Shown: one piece after another, positions 20,781 through 32,316 of the stretch
Position numbering within the stretch: position 1 is the first letter of the stretch
How the letters are laid out: each line of letters opens with the position of its first letter
Origin: Vairimorpha necatrix
Taxonomy: Eukaryota
Direction of reading: 5' to 3'
Length of the DNA: 64,000 bases
NCBI GenBank assembly: GCA_036630325.1
Contig: CP142729.1
Coordinates: forward strand, 558,001-622,000
Position numbers and translations under genes: made by a program
Notes under the pieces: model-generated
What the model saw: the letters and a program-made list of their open reading frames with translations, nothing else
What the model was told of the DNA's origin: nothing
Database searches by the model: none

Positions 20781-23597
20781 TTATAAATATAAAGAATTAG
20801 AAAATACAATATCTCTCTTAATCTTCACTATCCCATTACTAAACATATTCTCCAACTCAGTATTCCCTATAACTCTCCCCGCATTACTAAGCTGCTTTAA
20901 TAATTCCTCAAGTCTCTTAAATGTTCTAATAATACTTCCTTCAAATATCTCCGTACTACTACAAATCTCTAAAAATGTGTGTCCTTTACACCACATTCTT
21001 ACTATTTCCATCATCTCATAAGAAAACTTCCTTAAATATTTCTTAGGATTTCCTTCTATCCCGTGCTTTTTTAAGACATGGCACACTTTCCGGACTGAAT
21101 CTTCAATAAACGAGTAAAGCTTTTTATTCTCGTCAGATAAGACGAAATCTTCTTCGTTCCACTCTTCGAAGACCATGCAAGACAAAAGCGGGACGAATTC
21201 GTCTACTTCTAATTTCAAGAAATCCCCATTAAAAATCATCTCTGTGAGGACTAATTCGTCGCCTGTGGATATTTCGCAAGCCAGTCTGCCTTTGATCTCC
21301 ACATTTGTGTCATCGCAATATTCGAGATCTTTTAGTACAAAAATCATCTTTTTACATTCTTCCATATGATAAATCTCTTTTAATTTGGACATTTCTTTAA
21401 ATTTCTCATGGTAGAGACTTTTATAAATTTCATTTTTTATAAAATTAATTGTATCTTTAATATTATTAGTATTATCTACCTTAGTCTCGATATAATTCTT
21501 AAATTTAGTATCAAAAATTGTAAGACAATCAACATCAACTTTATACTCTTCACTTTTTATTATCTCATTACTACAATCTAATAAACATTCCATATACGAT
21601 TTATTACACAGAATACACAAATCTAATTTGATATTCCTTACTAATTCTTCTATACATGAATATTCTTGTATTATCTTCTCTTTAATTTCATTAATCTTTT
21701 CTAAATCATCTTGAAAATTAATTTTTTCAAAATTTTTATAAAAAACTTTGGGATTAAATTTCGCCCGGAAATCATAAACCATATAAACATGATTTATATT
21801 CGTAGTAATTTTCTTTATAAAATTTTTAGTAAAAACTAAACAAACAATTTCTTCATCATCATAAGCTTCTACAAAAGCATTTTTTATAAAAATACCCGCT
21901 CCTTGACGAGGTATAAATAAATCAACAACTCTACCTGTTTTTATATACGGGTAAAAAAATGATGAAAATTTTTTACATCTTAAAATTTTTTCATTTTCTA
22001 ATTCTAATAATAAATCTACTAAATTATTCTTAGGATAATCTTTTATAAGACTGTACATTTCAAATAACTCGTCTTCTTTGTCTTTACCTTTTTTAAAGGC
22101 TTGGAAATGGTGGAAAGATCGACTTATCAAATACAAAGGATCAAGACCTTCTACACGCATTAGATTAAGAATCATATTGTAAGTCAAACGGAAAGCACTA
22201 ATTAAATTGTCTTTTGAACACGAGAAAAGATCTTTTAGTTCATTAAAAGTCATAGTGTCATTTAATAAACTTACGACTATACCCATTTTGTCTATACCTC
22301 GTCTACCAGCTCTACCACTCATTTGGATGTATTCGGCACTTGTAATTTGTCGAGTCTTGACACCATCAAATTTTTTTAGAGACGTAAAGACGACAGATTT
22401 AGCAGGCATGTTTAGACCAATGGAAAAAGTTTCAGTAGCAAATAAAACTTTCAGATAACCTTCTTGGAATAAAATTTCTACTATTTCTTTTATAATTGGT
22501 AGTAGACCAGAATGATGTATTCCTATTCCTTTTAATAATAAAGGCAGAATATTCTGAATAATAGGCAGTTCTCTGTCTTCTTGTCTCAAAGACCCTATCG
22601 CGTTATAAAAGACTGTCTTGACTACTTCTTTCCCTTTTTCGTCGAGATAATCGTCGACTAACCTCGTCGCAAAATATTCGCAATCTTTTCTTCTAAATGA
22701 AAATATGACGGCAGGAAGCGATAACTCTTTAAGAACACTAATAATACTTCGATCTGTTATTCTGCCTTTCTTAACTGTTTTCATAGCCTGGTAAAATTCA
22801 TTTTTATGAAAATCTTGATCTTTAATTAAATGCAATTTGTCAGTTTTAAAATAATGAACAAGTGGCGTAATTCGCTTTTCTGTGTAAACCACGTGCACAA
22901 TTTGTTTCTGAATGTATGAAATCCATTCAGCAAATTCTAAAGCATTTGGTATAGTGGCACTTAAAAAAACCATACGGACATGAGATGGTAATAAAATGAT
23001 AGTCTCTTCCCAGACTACACCTCGTTCTCTGTCTCTCATGTAATGTATTTCATCAAAAATTATCCAATGTATTTCTCTAGTAACTTCACTGCCTCTGTAA
23101 AGCATATTCCGTAAGATCTCAGTAGTCATAACTAGACAAGAAGCATCAGGATTAATTGTAACATCTCCAGTCATAAGACCCACATCAGTAAATTCTTCAA
23201 GTAATTCTCTATATTTCTGATTACTAAGCGCTTTAATGGGCGAAGTGTACACAACTCTCTGATTGTCACGTAAAGACATTGCTATGGCATATTCGGCGAC
23301 TACTGTCTTGCCCGAACTAGTGTGCGCACTTACCAGGACACTCTCGTCTCGCTCAAGAGCGCACAAAGAAATTTTTTGAAATGTGTCAAGTTCAAAATCA
23401 TAAGATTTGGCAGTGAATTTCTGGAATTCTTCTGGGATTGGTGTGTAATCTAAATCAATTGGCACTGCGGCCTCGTGTTTAGTACCATTTCTTTCAAAAG
23501 CGTCATGAGTGTTAGTTCGAAGTTCTTGTTTTATTGGTTCTGTAATATCGTGAAGTACAGTTTTATCTGTAAATGCGTCTAATAGATTAGCTTTCAT
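20781..23597 (-). CDS. MTR4: Ski2-family RNA helicase MTR4/DOB1
   Basis: AHTSSGKT, TSPIKALSNQK, DEIH, LSAT, ATETFSIGLNMPA, QMSGRAGRRG, C-terminal KRDIVFSNSLYL. Start MKANLL after CCCC. Confidence 0.95.
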   Translation of the reverse strand: MKANLLDAFTDKTVLHDITEPIKQELRTNTHDAFERNGTKHEAAVPIDLDYTPIPEEFQKFTAKSYDFELDTFQKISLCALERDESVLVSAHTSSGKTVVAEYAIAMSLRDNQRVVYTSPIKALSNQKYRELLEEFTDVGLMTGDVTINPDASCLVMTTEILRNMLYRGSEVTREIHWIIFDEIHYMRDRERGVVWEETIILLPSHVRMVFLSATIPNALEFAEWISYIQKQIVHVVYTEKRITPLVHYFKTDKLHLIKDQDFHKNEFYQAMKTVKKGRITDRSIISVLKELSLPAVIFSFRRKDCEYFATRLVDDYLDEKGKEVVKTVFYNAIGSLRQEDRELPIIQNILPLLLKGIGIHHSGLLPIIKEIVEILFQEGYLKVLFATETFSIGLNMPAKSVVFTSLKKFDGVKTRQITSAEYIQMSGRAGRRGIDKMGIVVSLLNDTMTFNELKDLFSCSKDNLISAFRLTYNMILNLMRVEGLDPLYLISRSFHHFQAFKKGKDKEDELFEMYSLIKDYPKNNLVDLLLELENEKILRCKKFSSFFYPYIKTGRVVDLFIPRQGAGIFIKNAFVEAYDDEEIVCLVFTKNFIKKITTNINHVYMVYDFRAKFNPKVFYKNFEKINFQDDLEKINEIKEKIIQEYSCIEELVRNIKLDLCILCNKSYMECLLDCSNEIIKSEEYKVDVDCLTIFDTKFKNYIETKVDNTNNIKDTINFIKNEIYKSLYHEKFKEMSKLKEIYHMEECKKMIFVLKDLEYCDDTNVEIKGRLACEISTGDELVLTEMIFNGDFLKLEVDEFVPLLSCMVFEEWNEEDFVLSDENKKLYSFIEDSVRKVCHVLKKHGIEGNPKKYLRKFSYEMMEIVRMWCKGHTFLEICSSTEIFEGSIIRTFKRLEELLKQLSNAGRVIGNTELENMFSNGIVKIKRDIVFSNSLYL

Positions 23598-25905
23598 TGG
23601 GGCTAATAACAAAAAAAAATTAAAAAAACCGTTAATAATTTATTAAGAAATTTTATAAAAAAAATTAATGTTATATTAGTGTTATTCAAGTCAATGTCTT
23701 TGTTGCGTAGAATAATGGATTTTAAAAAACTTAACAGATTAGCTAAGAATAATATTTATAGATTTTTGACAATTCAAAAAACAGAAGTTATAATTAGAAA
23801 AGTTTTCTTTTAGTTTCTCGTGAGAATAATATATGCGTCTTTGCTCAATAGTTATTGAGATTGAGTATTATACGATATTACTGTTTAATATAGTCTAATA
23901 AAATATAATTTAATTTTTATAATTATTAATCATTCATTTTTTAGACTACTCAAGTCATCTTTACTTGTATATAAATGTATGTTAGAGCTTTTCTTTAAAG
24001 AAAATCTAAATATGAGATGAATAAACGATCAAATTGGATTTGTATTTAAAAAATTATTCAAGTATTTATTCATTATCTTCATTTAATTATTTATTCATAA
24101 TCTTTATTTCTGTCACAGTTATTGCATGTCTGTCTCTCGTGTCGCAATTTTCCTTTTTAGAATAGTATTGTCTGCTATAATAATAAAATATACTAAAAGC
24201 TTTTAAAGTTTATAGATTTAATATAGGCTTTAAAATGATCAAACTACCCCACCTAGTAATTCTGTAATAAATTGTTGACAAATAATCACACCCAACTCAT
24301 AAACATATTATAAACCTAAGCAATATAGATAATTCATTTGCCAATGTAAAAATCTTGTAGTAGAAAACAATCAAAATATTTTTTAAATGTTAAAGAAAAT
24401 TTTAGATAAGTACGCGTTTGGTATGACTGTAGTACAATTTTGAATAGAGGTTTATCAATCGCTTTCGCTTTATTTTTTTATATAGTATAAGATACATATT
24501 TTTTAATAACAAATAATTTAGAATTTCGAATATTTATTTATTTAATTATAAAATTTGACATTAGAGACAATTCAAATGCACGTTTTTTGAAAAGAAGTTA
24601 CTATTTGCTGTATAAACCGATCTACAAATCGTTTCATCAACATAAATTACGCACTCTTCTTAAATACTACTAGTCAAGTTAATTAAACATGGACCTCAAT
24701 CTTGTCAGAAAGTGCCTATGAAACAATTTTAAATCTTGTATCTTAGATATCTTAGATTTAATTTGTATAAATTATCAATTGCCTCGTATACATATTGTTC
24801 TTTTGTAATTTAAGATTAAGTGTCTTATATTTTAACTATTAGAATATATATGACTATAATCTATAACAACCATATCTGGGTTGTGTTTTACTTTATGATG
24901 TTTATTTTAATTGTAGTGTACATCAAAATCAAACCTATTTTTTAAATCTTACTTTTAAAACTAAAGAACTCGTCTTTTAGAAAATTTTTTATAAAAATTC
25001 TAAATGCGTCTTGATTTAACCACGTAGCATCTGGTGTAAAAATGCGAACCGTTTTACAGTAATTCGTTCATCATTGACCCATTATTTTTCTATTAATGGA
25101 ACGAGAAGTGCCGTTTCGATTTAAAATTAATTTATGTAGTGTTAAAAAATTTTGTTTGTGTTTAAACAGATATTTTACTAAATATTGTATAAATATTTGG
25201 TCATTCGTTGTGCACCGAGTTTATTGCGCATAGTATCTATTGTTAATGTAAACAACTCTTTAGTGATCATCTTAAATGTATTTTAGATTATTTAAATGTT
25301 TAATTTTCCTAGATATATAATAAAATGATATGTAATGGTATCATTGGAAAAATTGTTGAGTTTATACATGTGCATATTTTGATTCAGGTTTACAAACATG
25401 TTATTTATACCGAGAAGAATTTTAATAGATTAAAATAATTAATTAAATTTATTTGAAATTCCGCGAAGTCCGGTCAAAAATGTATTATCTTATGGTTTAA
25501 AACACAATTATATATCAATAACGAATTTGAATGTTTAAAACAAAAATCTTTTGTCTAGAATTCTTGTGTTGTGTCTTTTAGACCCTCTTAACGAACTAGA
25601 CGTTTTATTTTTTAGGTTTTATGTGCTAATCTTACACATTTTTTTAAAATCTATCTATAACGTGTAAGATTTTGATCAGTGCAATATATAAAACGCTGTA
25701 GAAATATTCAACAAAAAGTTAAGTTGTGAGATGGAAATGTTTAATTTATTCCTAGTATCATACAAATGATGTTTTCCTATAGTTATGTGGCCCGCGCCTT
25801 TAATATATCGATTGTAACTCTATTTTTGGCGACATAAATATTGATTTTACCTATTCCCTGGAAGTCAAGTTGAATAAACATGGCGGCATTCGGGCCTAAT
25901 TTAGT

Positions 25906-25932
25906 TATATATATATATATATATATATATAT
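25906..25932. repeat. (TA)n microsatellite
   Basis: About 13 TA units. Confidence 0.9.
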
Positions 25933-27179
25933 TTAAATGAGTAAAAGTCGTCTGTCACATTTTCTTTAGATGCATATGTGAGGTTGTAAACCTCTGTTGC
26001 AAAAACCATATCGCTCTATGTTCATAGTGTTTTTTCTGGACACTATACAATTTGGTATTACATAAATAAAAATTTTATTTTTTTTAGTAAATAAATATAA
26101 ACGATTAAGAAAATGTTATCAAATGCTTAAAAAAGTAAATTTTTATTCCTAACATGAGTAGAAATTGATTTTTGCACGAGAAAACCAAATTTAAAACATA
26201 GAAAATATTATTCTTTTGTAATTAAACAAGGAATATAATGAATTTCATGGCTATTTGATATGAGAAAATGTAGATCCTTTAGTTTGTGAGAGAATACAAG
26301 TATATTCAGACGAATTACATGTTATTGTATAGCAAATTGTGCATAGACAAGGAATGAGAAGTTCCACCAGAACGTAGACATAACAAGTAATACAAAATTT
26401 ATTAATGTTTTTTAATTTTAAAAAAGAGCATAAGTTATTGTATTCTTGAACTTATGACAAATAATTTTACTTTAAAAGATTATAAAATAAGAAACCATTA
26501 TAAGGTATAGATGTTTTTTGTGTAACAATTACATACACGTGATAAAATATTACGACATAAGATATAATATCATAGAGTTTATAGAAAGGATGCCTGGAAT
26601 ACAAGATCATTCGAAACTCATCCAATTATATACCTTAGTAAACTATTAAACTATGTTATGGCGTTGAATAAAAAAGACGCTAGCGGAACAAGCGTAAAAG
26701 TCCGTTTGAATAAAACATTGATAATAGGGTTTATTGCTAAATATAAAATTACTCAAATAATTCTCGATAAATACTTCTACATCATTTTTAAAAAGTGTAT
26801 AATTTGTATAAATAATCAAACTCCTTACGTTTTGCAGTAAAGTTGGCTTAATATACTGGTGTAGAATTTTTTTAAATTTCATTTCAATTTAATTATAGTC
26901 TAAGCAAATAATCATTGTTAGATCATAATAAATTACCACAAAAGCAAACTACTATCAAATTTATATAGTTAATTAGAAGTTAAATGCAGAGGGTTTAGTT
27001 CGGACTTACCGATTTTTAAGTACTGAATCCGTGTTCAGACTATAAAAGTTATAAAATGTTTTTTTTTTATAAAATATGCGCAAAGTCTAAAAATTACAGA
27101 TTTATTTGAAATAATATTTTCTGCTATAAATTTTTTTTTGCTTTTTAAAAATTTTTAGAAAATAGATTACCCGAATAGT

Positions 27180-27990
27180 ATGTCTAAAGCCTTCCAACAG
27201 AAGGTCAAGAATATTCCAAGACTCCTATAAGCCAATATTTTCACAAATAGAAAAAAATCCATTAAAAACAACAATAAAACGTGCAATTGGCTCGCAGATT
27301 ATATTTAACCTAGAAAATCTGTACATTTACAGCTTCAGGTATAAATTTAAGGCGAGGGGGCAGAAGAAAGAATTCATTTATGGCGTTGATACATATATTT
27401 TTACTCACCAAATATCGCCTTTACAAAATTATTTATTTGATGAAAAACAGTCTACAGTAAACCTTAAAAAAGTCACATGTATTAAAACAAGATACTAATT
27501 ATTGAAAAAGGAAAAAAGCGATCACTAAAAAGATAAAGGTGTTATAGAAATGGCTCAGATATTTGAAACATAATTGTTTAAAAATTTGTCAAATCCACAT
27601 CGAAAAAATATACCTAGTTAAAGTCTGCATACAGTTATGAAAATAGACGAGCGAAAATTAGAATTGAGAATCATAATATCATTTAACTGTAATAATGTTA
27701 CAGTGACTGAATTCTTAAGCAGTACATAAAAAATGAAACATCTTGTTAACTTAAGGGCATATTTCTTACCTCAAAGCAGTTGGATTGATCAACGTCAAAT
27801 ATATCAAGGTATAATTAAAATGAGTTCTGTAGAAACGAAGCATGTGAGACTACAAATATAATCAAGAAGCTTTTACACTTCTTAGATGTAATATTATATC
27901 TAGAAAGGGATTAAACAAGATACTATCTCAGATTTTTTAGAAGAATTTTAATGGCGAAGAAAATGTGCAATCTATAAAAATTTCATGGAT
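27180..27990 (+). pseudogene. Degenerate Merlin/ISXO2 (IS1595-like) transposase remnant
   Basis: Fragments HTVMKIDERKL (~27630; cf. VEIDESKF) and DFLEEF*WRRK (~27930; cf. YLDEFMWR). Many stops; ends not defined. Confidence 0.5.
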
Positions 27991-28471
27991 ATTAGAGAGT
28001 TTTGCATTGATTTTAAAAGTTTTTTTTTTTATAAACTGTTTTATCGATATTTTTGATTTTTTTATTAATTCTAAGTGTCTCCCCTCATGTGGGTACTAAT
28101 ATTATGCAGACATTTGCGCCCTAAGCAAGATAAATTAGGCTCTACCTAAATTGACTTGTTCTATTCAAATTATTTCTTAATAAAAAAGGAATTTAATAAA
28201 TAATGCCAGAATTATATTATAAAATACTATAAAGTTATTATGAATTTAGAACATTGTTTTAAACAAAATCTTATTTTAATCTTAAAAATCATGTATTAGA
28301 TCTTATTACAATACAAATATTCTAAATTTCATATTATATACTAAGTTATTCAAAATAAACTTAACCATAATTAAAATAGTATATACCATAGCTCTACATA
28401 CTTCAGTTTCTATAATTAAGCATTTCATTTTATTTTTTTATTTATTTTTTTTTCTCCCATAATCCGCATAA

Positions 28472-31054
28472 ATGTACAAACTCAAATCTCTTGAAATCAC
28501 AAATTTCAAATCTTACAAATCATTCCACAAAATCCCATTCGACGACCACTTCACTTGCATTATCGGCCCAAACGGGTCAGGAAAATCAAACATCTTAGAC
28601 GCCATAGTCTTCGTAATGACAAACACCCCTTACAATATAAAAAATGCTACTGTCAAATTAATCTTAAAACAAGACAATGAAGAAATATCTTTCACCAGAT
28701 TTATAAATATGAATTCTAAGAATTCATATTTCATTAATAACAAAAAGACTGTATTTAAAGAATACATAACTAATTTTATAATTTACCAGTCACATACAGA
28801 TTATCCTTTACATTTGATTATAGAACAAGCGTCAGGAAGTATAAAATATAAAGATGAGTATAATAAATTAAAAAATAAGTATAACGAGTTATTAATAAAA
28901 CTTAAGATAGAAACTGAAAGTAGAAGACAATATTTAAATATATTGAGAGAGAATAAGAAATATGAAGAGGAATATAACAAATATTTAGGGCAGACCAAAA
29001 GAAAGAAAGAAATAGAAGATGCATTGTTTAATAATAAAATACGGAAATTAGTACACAGGTATACCAGTTTGAGGGACAAGTTTGTTGTACAGACAAACAA
29101 AATGTTAATAAACAAAAAGAAACTGCTAAATGAAAATATAAAAAATCAGAATTTTCTAATTGATCAAAAACAAGATTTGATTTCCAAAATTGAAAGGGAT
29201 TTGGCTTACAAGCCAAATCCCCTTATTCCGAATTTCGATTCTTTAGAGACAGAATATTTCAGACTATTAAATAATGAAGAATGTTGTAAAATTGAAGTAG
29301 AAGACGAAGTATCAAAAATAATGATCTTAGAAAAAGATTCCTTAATTTCTAAATATAAAGATAATATTCTAAATTATAATAATTTAGAAGAAGAATATAA
29401 GAAATATAATGAAGAATTAAATATTTGTAATAATGAGATATTAATTGATAAAAATATAAAGAGTAAGAATATTAAGTTGTATAATATTAAGAATAAGATT
29501 AAAGATTTAGAAGGAGTAATAGGATTTATTCCTGATTTAATAAGATGTCATAATGAGAAATATGACATGGCCATTAGATCTATATTAATGAGTTATGAGT
29601 TTACATGTGTAGTAAAAGATAAAGAGACGGCTTTTAGATGTATAAAATTATGTAAAGATCTTAAATTAGGTCGAATTTCTTGTATAGTAAAAGACAATGT
29701 GAAAAAGACTACTATTACTAGTGGTTATAAAGACTTAGTATCTCCACTTTTAGTTGTAAATTATCCTGGAGATATTTCTCATATTGTTGAATATATTTTT
29801 GGGAATATTTTAATTTCTAATAAGGAATATTCAATGAATATAAAAGAAAATATGTTTAATATTTGCACTATTGATGGGGTCATAATAAAAAACAAAGGAA
29901 GATTAATAAATTTCCACAAATGTCTCCCTTCATCTTCTTCCCTAGACAAAAGACTTGATCTTCTGAATACTCTAAAATCTCTAAAGCAGAAACTCGACTC
30001 ATTTTCCAAGATAGAATTAATAAAACTCAAAATTAATAAATTACAAGAAGAAATTGACACAAGAAAAATCAAGAAAATCACAGTACTAGTCCCAGAGACT
30101 AAAGTATTTGGAGATTTATTTAAGAAATATGGATATAAGAATTACAGTGACTATGTAAGTAGAAATAGTAAATATTATGAAGAAGAAAACCAAATAAAGA
30201 ATAAGGTATTAGAAGAGAAGAAGAATAAGATAAGTAAGAAATTAGAAGAAGAAGTAAAAAGACTTAGAGAGTTAGAAGAGGAATATAATAAAATTAAAGT
30301 AGAAGAAGATATTAATGAGGAGACAGGAAATGAGAAAGAAGAAATAGAAGAAGAAATAAGAGATTTATATTTTATAGAAAGAAATGAAGTAATAGAAATC
30401 CAAGAGATATTAGAGAAATATAAATCAATGACCAATAATGAAAATAATGATAATATTAATAATTTATGGTCTGAATTAGAAGATATAAATAAAGCCCTTA
30501 AGAATACTACCCTAATTAAAAATACTACTACACTGGATTATAACTCGGAAATATACGACAAGTTAAAGAAAGAGACACTAGAGACGAAATCCACTCTGAA
30601 TTCCGTAAAGAACAAGAGGACTGAGTTGTTTACAAGTTACCTTACTAAGATGAATGAGATCATCCTGGGCTTGTACTCTGAGATATCGGGCGGGTCTTGT
30701 AATTTAGTAGCTGATAATCCCGAGGAGCCCTTTGAGAGTGTCAAGTACTACGTCATGGTCCCCAATAAGAAATATCAAGATTATAATTTACTGAGTGGAG
30801 GGGAGCAGATGATCAGTCGAGTCGTCTTGATGTACGCCCTTACTAAGATGAGTAATAAGGAGTTTATTTTACTGGATGAAGTGGACTCTAATCTTGACAA
30901 TTATAATGTGCAGAGACTAGTGGAGTTTATAAAGAGGGAGAAGATCCAAGTAGTGATGGTGAGTCTTAAAGTGGGAGTGTATAAGGAGAGTAATAAGATG
31001 ATAGGAGTATATAAAAAGAGTGGAGTAAGTAAAACATTGCACTATGCAATGTAA
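28472..31054 (+). CDS. SMC1: SMC family ATPase, SMC1-like, short
   Basis: NFKSY, Walker A GPNGSGKSN, hinge GVIG, signature LSGGEQ, FILLDEVD and VSLK switch typical of SMC1. Confidence 0.85.
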   Translation: MYKLKSLEITNFKSYKSFHKIPFDDHFTCIIGPNGSGKSNILDAIVFVMTNTPYNIKNATVKLILKQDNEEISFTRFINMNSKNSYFINNKKTVFKEYITNFIIYQSHTDYPLHLIIEQASGSIKYKDEYNKLKNKYNELLIKLKIETESRRQYLNILRENKKYEEEYNKYLGQTKRKKEIEDALFNNKIRKLVHRYTSLRDKFVVQTNKMLINKKKLLNENIKNQNFLIDQKQDLISKIERDLAYKPNPLIPNFDSLETEYFRLLNNEECCKIEVEDEVSKIMILEKDSLISKYKDNILNYNNLEEEYKKYNEELNICNNEILIDKNIKSKNIKLYNIKNKIKDLEGVIGFIPDLIRCHNEKYDMAIRSILMSYEFTCVVKDKETAFRCIKLCKDLKLGRISCIVKDNVKKTTITSGYKDLVSPLLVVNYPGDISHIVEYIFGNILISNKEYSMNIKENMFNICTIDGVIIKNKGRLINFHKCLPSSSSLDKRLDLLNTLKSLKQKLDSFSKIELIKLKINKLQEEIDTRKIKKITVLVPETKVFGDLFKKYGYKNYSDYVSRNSKYYEEENQIKNKVLEEKKNKISKKLEEEVKRLRELEEEYNKIKVEEDINEETGNEKEEIEEEIRDLYFIERNEVIEIQEILEKYKSMTNNENNDNINNLWSELEDINKALKNTTLIKNTTTLDYNSEIYDKLKKETLETKSTLNSVKNKRTELFTSYLTKMNEIILGLYSEISGGSCNLVADNPEEPFESVKYYVMVPNKKYQDYNLLSGGEQMISRVVLMYALTKMSNKEFILLDEVDSNLDNYNVQRLVEFIKREKIQVVMVSLKVGVYKESNKMIGVYKKSGVSKTLHYAM

Positions 31055-31229
31055 AGAGGATGACACATTACACTAAGTAATGGTAAGAAAATAAAATATT
31101 TAATATAAAGCAAACAAAACCCAAACAAACTTCATATCAAATAATAAATAAGTCTTAAGATCTAATATTATGTCTCATAGATAAACATATCTATATTGAA
31201 AATATTATAGTTTTTTTCTGTACCCCTAA

Positions 31230-31700
31230 ATGATCCTTCTCTTGACTATAATTCTGAGTATCACTTTGATCTCCTTCTCCATACTGAGGAGATCTACAGT
31301 AAAAGGATCTTCCTCCTCCTCAGTGCACATGGTCACATACTATGACTCACTCTTCCTCAATAATAAACAGAAGAGCTTTGACTTACTTCTCTTGTGGTAC
31401 AGAGATCTCAAGTCTAGACTCTTGACCATAGAGAAAGAGAAGGAAGTAGTCGACCCCCTGTACAGTAAGAGACTGGTGAGTGAAGAGATGTATAACAGAA
31501 TAAATGAAGACATAAAGAACATGAACACGGAGAGGATGATCATCGAGCAGGAAGCCCAGGCATATAACAGGAATATCTTCAAGGAATGTAAAGTGAGACC
31601 AGTAGAGAATAAAAACTACAAGATAATTGAAGATATTCACTTTAACAAGAAAAGGGAAGCACTTGAATCAAATCTAAGGGAGAGACTTCTAATAAAATGA
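31230..31700 (+). CDS. Sec66/Sec71-like translocon subunit (putative)
   Basis: N-terminal TM segment, then LLL..RD...RLL.IEKEK....LY.KRLVSEEMY.R...E...IEQEAQ, resembling the Sec66 helical core. Confidence 0.55.
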   Translation: MILLLTIILSITLISFSILRRSTVKGSSSSSVHMVTYYDSLFLNNKQKSFDLLLLWYRDLKSRLLTIEKEKEVVDPLYSKRLVSEEMYNRINEDIKNMNTERMIIEQEAQAYNRNIFKECKVRPVENKNYKIIEDIHFNKKREALESNLRERLLIK

Positions 31701-31897
31701 CATGTTTAACTAATCATACAATATCTTACATATATAATATCATCTAATTATTCTTATATATTGATATATCATAAATATATATAATATATCATACATTATC
31801 TTACATAAATAATATATCTTACATATATATATCATATCTTACATATATGTATCATCTAAGTCATTCTTTATATTTATATCTTATTATTTTCCTCTTT

Positions 31898-32125
31898 TTA
31901 TAACCTCTCTCTTGATCTTTTATTCTGAAACCATATCTTTATATTCTTAATGGGAATCTTAGTCATAATATTTAACTCAAATTTCTCATGTTTATTTGGA
32001 TATGGATTATTATAGTATGCTCTATTTAACATATCTATCTGATACTTATTCATACGGAGTCTACCTCTCTTAGTATCACTGATGTAATATTTCATGATTG
32101 TCTTCTCTTGATCTATAAACTTCAT
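31898..32125 (-). CDS. Minimal homeodomain protein
   Basis: 75 aa; RLRM..YQ..L...Y..NPYP and IKIWFQNKRSR. GGGG motif just upstream of the ATG. Confidence 0.9.
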   Translation of the reverse strand: MKFIDQEKTIMKYYISDTKRGRLRMNKYQIDMLNRAYYNNPYPNKHEKFELNIMTKIPIKNIKIWFQNKRSRERL

Positions 32126-32316
32126 AACCCCTGTGATGAAAGAAATTTACAAAATACTCAGATCTCCTTTAAAATAAGCCAATAAGGAAAGTCCCCTTTT
32201 TCTTATCTAATAAAGGAGTAAATAGTACTACAATAAAATTATACTATTTCAAATATATACTTGAGAGATATTTAGAAGAATATATTCTATACACATTTTT
32301 TTTTGTTACCCCTAAA

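Noticed and set aside
32130-32260. RNase MRP RNA (GAAAGTCCCC) or C/D snoRNA (GTGATGA)
   Set aside because: No downstream GGGGCT partner for P4 and no CTGA box D in the spacer.
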